Positions 55,808 to 64,000 of a DNA stretch of 64,000 nucleotides are shown here, one piece after another. Below the pieces are notes generated by a model. The model was not told the DNA's origin. It saw nothing but the letters and a program-made list of their open reading frames with translations, and searched no databases. The translations under genes and the position numbers were made by a program. The stretch's first letter is position 1. Each line of letters starts with the position of its first letter. Source of the DNA: Reclinomonas americana ATCC 50394 (Eukaryota); contig PS015140.1 of NCBI GenBank assembly GCA_048213135.1, positions 1 through 64,000 on the forward strand. Reading direction: 5' to 3'.

Positions 55808-57018
55808 ATGATGTTGTTTGTGATTTCGTTCTCGCTCACTTTGCGAAACGCGCGCATGAGTGTTCTCTCTCACTGTTTGGGTTCGTTGATTGTGATCACA
55901 AGCAAGGCGTCTTGCTTCCTCTCTATCTCTCCCTCCCTCCCTCTCTGTGCCGTTCGTTTCTTCCGACAAGTCGTTTCCTCCTCATCCTTGTCGTGCGTTT
56001 CCCGAGTCCAATTGCTGCACCGACTGCACTGTGTGACACACTTCTGATTCGTCCTCCTCCTATCTCCGTTTTTCCACTCTCATACCGTGTCATCAAGTTG
56101 CACCTGGGCTGTTGTACAGATCTTGCAAAGCTGTGTTCCTGCAGCGTTGTTCTCCGCCGCGACCTCTCTGGTCACTGGTGTCTCAGCCCTATGCACTCTT
56201 CTCTCTCTCTATCGCCCTTCTCCTCCCCTCTCTTTCCTTACAGCCACCCCCTTCCCCCTTCTCCATCCCTCCCTTCTTCTCCTTTCCCTTCCTTTCCTCC
56301 CCTTGCCTTCTTCTCATTTCCCCTCCTTTCCTCCCCTTCCTTCTCTCCCTCTCTCCCTCTCATTCTTCCCCTCGCTTTCCTCACACCCTCCCTCACCTTA
56401 ATCTTACCCCCTTCCCCCTATCCCTCCTTCTCCCTCCACCTCCCCTCCCTTTCTCACACCCTCCCCCCTCCCCCTCTCTCCCCCTTTCCCTCCTTAGAAC
56501 ATCCCCCCCGAGGACCGCGTCAAGGCCCGCGCGAACCGCTTCGGCAAGCAATCGCCCACCGGCTCCTCAACCCCGCAATCCCTGGCGAGCCCACCGAAGG
56601 CCGCCTCTCCTGCCGCTACTGCTCCCGCTCACATTGTAAAACCGACCTCACCGCCGTCGGCTGAGGAACTCGAGCGAATCGAGAAGCGCAAGCGGAGGTT
56701 TGGTGAATTGACGAGCACCACGGCCAAGACCGTTGTGGCCTCGGTGACCTCCACCGCTGTCGAGGTGTGTGTGTCATGGTCTCTTCTGGACTCGAAACAG
56801 CGTTGCTCATCCCCTCTCTTTCCCTCGGGCAGGCCTCGTTGAGCGCCGAGGAGCAGGAGAAGGTGCGGCAAAGGGCGATGCGCTTTGCGTCACAGGAGGA
56901 GAAGGAATTCGAGGAGCGGAAGCGGAGACGGTTGGGCCGGTTTACGTCGGCTGTCGGTGGCGAGGCCGCGTCGGACGGTGCCGCAGCGCACAATGAGTCG
57001 ATGGAGGTGCAGTTGTGA
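53531..57018 (+). CDS. Tho1/SARNP/MOS11-like nuclear RNA-export factor (repeated RxxRFG motifs); exons 53531-54202, 56499-56765 and 56833-57018
   Basis: NLS-like MPPKRKQRR; motifs HRAKRFGIP, KARANRFG, EKRKRRFG, QRAMRFA and RRRLGRF match the Tho1/MOS11 C-terminal repeats; no SAP domain seen. Confidence 0.6.
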
Positions 57019-57910
57019 GCGCCGGGGGGCCTCGAGGCAGTGCTCTCTTTCTTTCTTTGTGTGTGTGTCAGTTTCTCATGTGATGGCGACAACTATGCCG
57101 TGGTACAGTGTGATGTTTCGAGGGGAGGGGTGAGTGAGAGAAGAGGTGAAAATCATGGGGGTCTCTCGTCGCTCTCCACCTCGAAAGTGGGCGAAAAGTG
57201 AATGTGAAATCGTGTGATTTTACGGGAGCGGATGCAGCGATGAATGTTAAGGCAGCGATGGACACGGGCGCCATCTCTTGGATCAACAACCGACAAGCCT
57301 GCGGTTCTGCGCCAGCAACATTTCCCGATCGCCTCCCCTGCGATCGCAGTCGGCTCACAAACAAGGAGGTTTTCCGTCACGGAGGAACTCGTTCGCCTGT
57401 AGCGATTACAACTCCTCTGCAAGATGCGCAACGTAAAGGCACTGGTGTGGGAGCTTCGTGCAGGTCAGGCCTCATTCGTGAACTGGCGGGCATTGGGTGT
57501 GCCGAGCTGCACGAGAAGGCACTGGTGGGCTCCAAGCAGCTCATCCGCACAGTACCGGTATCGTCGAGAGCAGGCGATGCTGGCCTCAGCTTCCGCTCCC
57601 GTACTCATTTCCTCGGATGACCACGGACTTTCTCCTTTCTCGTGTTCCTCTTCCACTTCTTCCTTCCTGCTTCCTTCTTGCTTTTCGTCCCTTCTCTTCA
57701 ATCGTGTCTGCCACTGTGCCATCTTGCCCTTCTCCCTCTCCTTCTCGACAACCTGCCTATTCGCAAGGGTCTTATGTGCAGAGCGAAGAGCGAGACCTGT
57801 GTCAATTGTTCGCAGGCACTGCGCCGTCCCTCTTCCCCACAAGTTACAGAAAGGATTCGTCATTTAAATGTATTGTGTGGTTGACTATGAGAAGAATACC
57901 TGCGCCCTTA

Positions 57911-60900
57911 TCACGACGCCTTGGTGGGCGACAGCACGAGCGTGCCGTTGCTGCTGGCAGTGACCTGCATGGATTTGTCATCTGCGAGACAAATTGTAAG
58001 GACGCAGCGCTGCCATCGCTCCTCCTTGCACACAGTCGCTCCTCTTCTCGCTGTCGCTGCGTCGCTCCTCTTCTCGCTGTCGCTGCGTCGCTCCTCTTCT
58101 CGCTCTGTCGCTGCGTCGCTCCTCATCTCGCTCCGTCACTGCGTCGCTCCTCCTCTCGCTGCGTCGCTGCGTCGCTCCTCCTCTCGCTGTCGCTGCGTCG
58201 CTCCTCTTCTCGCTGCGTCGCTGCGTCGCTCCTCTTCTCGCTCTGTCGCTGCGTCGCTCCTCTTCTCGCTNNNNNNNNNNNNNNNNNNNNTCGCTGCGTC
58301 GCTCCACCTCTCGCTATCGCTGCGTCGCTCCTCTTCTCGCTATCGCTGCGTCGCTCCTCTTCTCGCCGTGAACTCACCTGGCAGTGGCACATCTTCGCCC
58401 ATCATGCGAATGTCGACGGCGTGGCGCAGGTACGTGCGGCGAGCAATCAGGAAGGCCGCCAGGCCGAGGAAACCACCGGTCACCAGCGGCACCCACGGCA
58501 TGGGCGTCGAGACGAACGACGGGTGTGTGAAGAGGCTGAGAAGGCCGAGGAAGAGGTACTTGCCGGAGGAGGTGGCTGTGGATAATCAGCAAGTCATGGC
58601 GAAGAAATAAGCGCATCATCTTCTCACTCACCGAGGGTGGTGAGTGCACCGGTGGCGCCAAACAACTTGCCCTGGTGATCACGCGAGACGGCTTCGGAGA
58701 GCAGGCCGTTGACCGCCATGCTGCTGACGTAGAAGAGGCTGTTGGGGATCAGCAGGAGGTATACTTGCCATGACTGCGATGGGGAGAAGGGAGGGGGTGA
58801 GGGGAAGTGAGGGGAAGGGAGGGTGAGGGGTAAGGAGGGGTTAAGGGAGGGGAAAAAGTAACGATGAAGGGAGAGGAGAATGCCAGTGGGAAGAGAGAAG
58901 GAAAGAAGAACAAAGGAATGACGGCGGGAGAGAGATCAGAAGATAGAGAGAGAGAAGAAGAAGAGGGCGAGAAGAGAGAAGGAAAGTGAAGCGAGCAAGA
59001 TGCCAGTTTTCTTATTTCCTTTCTCCCTTACTCTCAGCTGTTTCGTCGCTTTCCGTCTTCTTTGTCTGCCCGCTATCGTGGCGACGAGACACACCGCAGG
59101 TTCTCCTTCTCACTCTCTCCACCTCTTGCTCTCCTCAATTTCACTCTCACTCTCTTCATAAGAAATCCTCCCTCTCGCCCTGAGACTTTTTTCCAGCTGC
59201 TCAGTCCCGTATCGCGTTGCCTGCCACTTGGCTGCCGCTGTTGTAGTTGTAACAACGAGGTACGCTGCAGCACTGCCTCTTGCTCTCTGTCTGTTTCTCG
59301 TTCTCTATCTGTTTCTCTCCCTCTCCAACTCTCTCTCTCTCTCTCTCTCTCTCTCNNNNNNNNNNNNNNNNNNNNCTCTCTCTCTCTCTCTCTCTCTCTT
59401 CTCCCTCCCTCGATTCACTCTCTCCCCCTCCCATTCTCTCCTCCTCCTCCTTTCCCTCTTACCCCCACGCACATTAGTGGACATGGCAAGCCCAAAGTAG
59501 GCCACCATGAGACACGCAAGACCGATCAACGACGTGGTCGGCCGCCCAAAGTGCTTCACGACTCGCTTCAGCAGCACGCCCTGCACAATGCACGCCAGAA
59601 CGCCTGCCGCCACCACCAACCACAAGTCAGCAATCAATCAATCAACAATAACGTGCCCTCTTTCCCTACCAGAGAAAGCCAACGACGAGTACGTCTGGCG
59701 CGAGGTCCACTCGAGTTGCATTTGCGCAAAGAAGGCCCACGTGGAGGTCATCGCCTGCACCGCCATGTAGATCAAGAACAGCAGTCTCGCCAGGCTCCAA
59801 ATGAGTGGCGAGCTCAGCAGCGATCTGCACACAATCAAAGCTCAGTCATCTCCTTCTTATTGTGCGCACTCCCTGCAAACCTCACAAGCTTTCTCGTTTC
59901 AGTCATGCTTTTGCACTCCGTCCCTCACTCCCATCTCCCTCCTTCGCTCAGCTCTCTCTCTCTCTCTCCTCATTGAGAAAGGGTGAGAGGAGAAGAGAGG
60001 AGAGAAGGAGAGTAGAGGACCGGAGAGGAGGGACAGAACAGGAGAACAAAGAAGAGGCACGACAAGAGGGGAGAGGAGAGAGCAGGAAAGAAGAGAGAGG
60101 AGGAGGGGACAGGACAGGAGAACAAAGAAGAGGCACGACAAGAGGGGAGAGGAGAGAGCAGGAGAGAAGAGAGAGGAGGAGGGGGAGATCTCTCTCTCTC
60201 TCTCCCTTCCCCCTCCTCCCCTTCCCTTCCCTTCTCTCTCTCTCTCTCTCCCCTTTCCCTCTCCACAGGGACGCAACGACACACTCTGCAGCGGCGACAC
60301 ATCATTCCACCGCAGACTCTTCAACTCGGCCACCGACGAGATCAACGAGTGATGCCGCGAGCGATCGAGCGTCTCCTCAAACGCCACCAGCACATACACC
60401 AGCGCCACGGCCAGTGTGCAGGCAGCTGCAGCGCTGATCTCGCGTGCCGACCAGCCCGCATGTGTCAGGTACGCTCCCAACGCCGGCCCGAGCATGAATC
60501 CGATGCCTGCCGCCACATGAGTCGGAGGAGAATGAGGAGAAGAGGAAGACACTTGGTGGCACGCACCAAACGACATGCCCATGAGTCCGAATCGCGTCGT
60601 CCGCTGTGCCGGCGTGCTCACATCGGCAATCACGGCCTGGTTGATCGAAAAGTGCACGGTGGAGATGCCGGCGAGGCACTTGGCGAACACGACCATCGAC
60701 ACGCGATGCGAACCGCTCAGTACCCAGTACTCCACAATTCCGCCAATCATCGCGTACACCAACATCGGCTTGCGCCCAACGCTTTTGCAAAGGAAAAGAG
60801 TCAGCATGCAACTGCAATGATCCGAACACGGTGTTTTTCGCGCGCTTTTCTCTGTGCCTCACCGATCACTGAGTGCGCCGAGCAGCGGAGTCAGGAAGCA

Positions 60901-61290
60901 CAACAGAAGGCTCTTGGTTCCATCGCCGACTCCGGCGTAGAACGAGGCCTCGGAGATGACTTGATCGCGCGATGCTTGCACGCCTTTTCTGGCAAAGTCT
61001 GTGTGCAGAGAAGAGAGTGAGGCAGAGCATTGTGTGTGCCAAGTCAACAGAGAGGCGCACACACCTTCTTCCACCAGTGAGCGGAGCAGGAGTGGCGAGG
61101 TGACATTGGTGAGACCGATGGCGAGAGAGACGAGAGTTTGCACGAGAATGACTGAGGCCAGTGTGCGACGAGGGTTGGCGTGGCTGAGAGGAGAGGTGGG
61201 TTCACCGGAGGATGCGCTGTCGGGTTGCATTTCTCTCTCTGCGACGAGGAGAAGGGAGACGGATCGGTTGGCAGGAGGGACACTTGTCAT
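57911..61290 (-). CDS. MFS transporter, TetA/MFSD14(HIAT)-like; about 9 exons
   Basis: Motif A [74 protein letters not shown]; stop at 57911. Confidence 0.88.
58020..58365. repeat. Intronic ~26-bp minisatellite (CGCTGCGTCGCTCCTCTTCTCGCTGT)n
   Basis: Tandem copies in the last MFS intron, with a small gap inside. Confidence 0.85.
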
Positions 61291-61822
61291 CAAATGTCTG
61301 AAAGGACGTGAGCACGGACGGAAGGAGGAGGTATGGAGAGCGAGGGTGGAAGGTGGGACACCACCTGCGGCTGATCATGATCGCCTTTGCGGGCTCGCTG
61401 CGGTGGTCGATGGCTGGATCCGCTGCGGTTCGAATTCCGGCTCCGTGCGCGTGCTATAAATATTATAATTACCCGCTGCGGGTGCGCCCATACATGTACG
61501 CTATGCATGGATCCGGATCATGGAAAGGTTCGCCGGTCGTTGCCGTCGTCGTCTCAACTTTCGGAGGGAGGGAGACTTTATTATTTTTCAAAAATAAAAA
61601 AGTAATGATGCCCAACTTCAATGATCTATCGACATTGGTGGTGAGGCTGGCGGTGCAGGTGATACTACACACCTCACTTGCCTTCAATTCAATCGACTTT
61701 TGTTGACTTTCGTTGGCTTACTGACTGACAGCTATAGATCGACGCCGTCGCACTTGCAATATTAATCGCATGCACAGCCAGCCAACCGTCAACTACATTC
61801 ACATCGGCTGGCAAGGTATTCA

Positions 61823-61854
<32 letters not shown>

Positions 61855-61919
61855 NNNNNNNNNNNNNNNNNNNNTAACTACTACTACTACTACGTACGTC
61901 GTCGACGTACGTACTACTA

Positions 61920-62028
<109 letters not shown>

Positions 62029-62310
62029 TCTCTCTCTCTCACACACCTTCCTCCCCATATGCACCTATTCCCTCCTCGCCCACTTGTACATCAAGGCAAG
62101 ACAACACACAGTGCATCTTGGGATTGTTTACGCCAAACTCACAAGTATTAAGAAGTTCACTCCAAACCGCGAACAGCTGCATGATGATCTCCAATGTGTC
62201 AATCATTGACGCTTGCGTCGTCGTCTTCATCGCCAGCAGGGCTCACATCATCGTCATCGAACGAAGACTCATCGCCCATCTTCGTCATCCTCATCGTCGC
62301 TCCCGTCCCC

Positions 62311-64000
62311 CTAGTCGGTCACTTCCTCGATGCCGACGCCACCCACAGCACCAAGCGCATTGGTGAAATCGGGCAAGACGGTGCCGAAGATGCGTTCCAC
62401 AAGCCCGCGAGTGTGTTGACGTATGAATAGCATCACCCTGCCGGACACCCGGGCGGTGTACGCAGAACCGAACGCCGTGCTGCGAAGAAGAGTCACACGA
62501 TCCACCGCAGGAGTCACCAGATCTGCCTGCTCATGAAGAGACACTTCATCTCCAGTAAACAGTGACCACACTCGCACTGTATTGTCAGACCCGCCACTTA
62601 TAATGTGCTGGCCATCGGGTGTCACTGCCACTGCAAACACCCGACTCGTGTGGCCTTCCAGTCGGCGTACCTCCTCACCACTTGCCATTGACCACAACCT
62701 CAGAGTATTGTCATTACTGCCACTTACAATGTGCTGACCATCGGGTGTCACTGCCACTGCAAATACCGCGCCAGTGTGGCCTTCCAGTCGCCGTACCTCC
62801 TCGCCACTTGCCATCGACCACATCCTTACATCGTCCCCGTCGTTGGAGATGAACAAACTCCCGCTGCAACTCACAATGTGCTGCCCATCGGGTGTTACAG
62901 CCACTGCCGACACCGACTCTGTGTGCCCCTCCAGTCGGCGCACCTCCTCGCCATTTGCCAGCGACCACACTCGTACAGTCTTGTCGAAACTGCCACTCAC
63001 AATGTGCTGGCCATCCGGCGTCACTGTCACCGCAAACACCCTCTCCGTGTTGTCCTCCAATCGGCGCACCTCCTCACCACTTGCCAGCGACCACACCCGT
63101 ATAGTCTTGTCCTCACTGCCACTCACAATGTGCAGGCCATCGGGTGTCACCGCCACTGCCCACACCTTATCCGTGTGGCCTTCCAGTCGGCGCATCTCCT
63201 CGCCACTTGCCAGTGACCACACCCGTACAGTCTTGTCCCAACTGCCACTAACAATGTGCTGGCCATCAGGTGTCACTGCCACTGCAAGCACCCTACTCGT
63301 GTGGCCTTCCAGTCGGCACACCTCCTCGCCACTCGACAGCGACCACACCAGTACCGTCTTGTCCCAACTGCCACTCACAACATGCTGGCCATTGGGTGTC
63401 ACTGCCACTGTATACACCCAATCTGTGTGACCTTCCAGTCGGCGTACCTCCTCGCCACTTGCCACAGACCACATCCGCACAGTCTCGTCCCCACTGCCAC
63501 TCACAATGTGCTGGCCATCGGGTGCCACTGCCACTGCCCACACCCTACTCGTGTGACCTTCCAATCGGCGCACCTCCTCGCCACTTGCCACCGACCACAT
63601 CCGCACAGTCTTGTCATCACTGCCACTCAGAATGCGCTGGCCATCGGGTGTCACTGCCACTGCAGATACCGATCTCGCGTGGCCTTCGAGTCGGCGCACC
63701 TCCTCGCCACTTGCCGCCGACCACACCCGCACAGTATTGTCATCGCTGCCACTCACGATGAACTGCCCATCGGGTGTCACTGCCACTGCATACACCCTAC
63801 TCGTGTGCCCTTCCAGTCGGCGCACCTCCTCGCCACTTGCCACCGACCACACTCGTATAGTCCCGTCCCCACTGCCACTCACAATGTGATGGCCATCGGG
63901 TGTCACTGCCACTGCATGCACCGAATTCGTGTGGCCTTCCAGTCGGCGCACCTCCTCGCCACTTGCCACCGACCACACCCATACAGTCCCGCCTTCACAG
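62311..64000 (-). CDS. WD40 protein with at least 11 near-identical 126-bp repeats and an unrelated C-terminal tail; 5' end outside the window
   Basis: ORF 62311-63978 stays open to the edge; repeats LEGHT..V.AVAVTPDGQHIVSGS.D.TVRVWS.ASGEEVRR belong to the same family as the array. Confidence 0.9.
   Translation of the reverse strand, partial: CEGGTVWVWSVASGEEVRRLEGHTNSVHAVAVTPDGHHIVSGSGDGTIRVWSVASGEEVRRLEGHTSRVYAVAVTPDGQFIVSGSDDNTVRVWSAASGEEVRRLEGHARSVSAVAVTPDGQRILSGSDDKTVRMWSVASGEEVRRLEGHTSRVWAVAVAPDGQHIVSGSGDETVRMWSVASGEEVRRLEGHTDWVYTVAVTPNGQHVVSGSWDKTVLVWSLSSGEEVCRLEGHTSRVLAVAVTPDGQHIVSGSWDKTVRVWSLASGEEMRRLEGHTDKVWAVAVTPDGLHIVSGSEDKTIRVWSLASGEEVRRLEDNTERVFAVTVTPDGQHIVSGSFDKTVRVWSLANGEEVRRLEGHTESVSAVAVTPDGQHIVSCSGSLFISNDGDDVRMWSMASGEEVRRLEGHTGAVFAVAVTPDGQHIVSGSNDNTLRLWSMASGEEVRRLEGHTSRVFAVAVTPDGQHIISGGSDNTVRVWSLFTGDEVSLHEQADLVTPAVDRVTLLRSTAFGSAYTARVSGRVMLFIRQHTRGLVERIFGTVLPDFTNALGAVGGVGIEEVTD

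Noticed and set aside
57198-57867. ORFs between the Tho1-like and MFS genes
   Set aside because: No recognisable motif and no consistent exon chain; cannot be supported.

Overview
Gene-dense, intron-rich nuclear DNA of a probably unicellular eukaryote, with assembly gaps and many intronic micro/minisatellites; the lineage cannot be fixed from this window. All gene models were spliced by hand, so exon borders are inferences. Left to right: 5' end of an unknown minus-strand gene head-to-head with ASPM; ten intronless tandem 7-bladed WD40 genes sharing a C-terminal helical tail; an ABCG half-transporter; an ankyrin + OGFOD2-like 2OG-Fe(II) oxygenase with a WD40 fragment in one intron; an ORF of three 450-bp repeats; a DUF1295-like membrane protein; a 7TM-RGS protein; a Tho1/SARNP-like protein; an MFS transporter; and the 3' part of another highly repetitive WD40 gene. 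Three signals stand out. (1) About 20 of roughly 90 inferred introns use 5' splice sites whose consensus is shifted by one base (GTTGCGT, GTTGAGT, GTTAAGT), almost always after a non-G exon end. (2) The ABCG gene appears to need 1-nt and 5-nt microexons. (3) The WD40 array shows hypervariable surface positions, blade mosaicism between paralogs and a constant tail, as expected of a diversifying receptor/adaptor repertoire.
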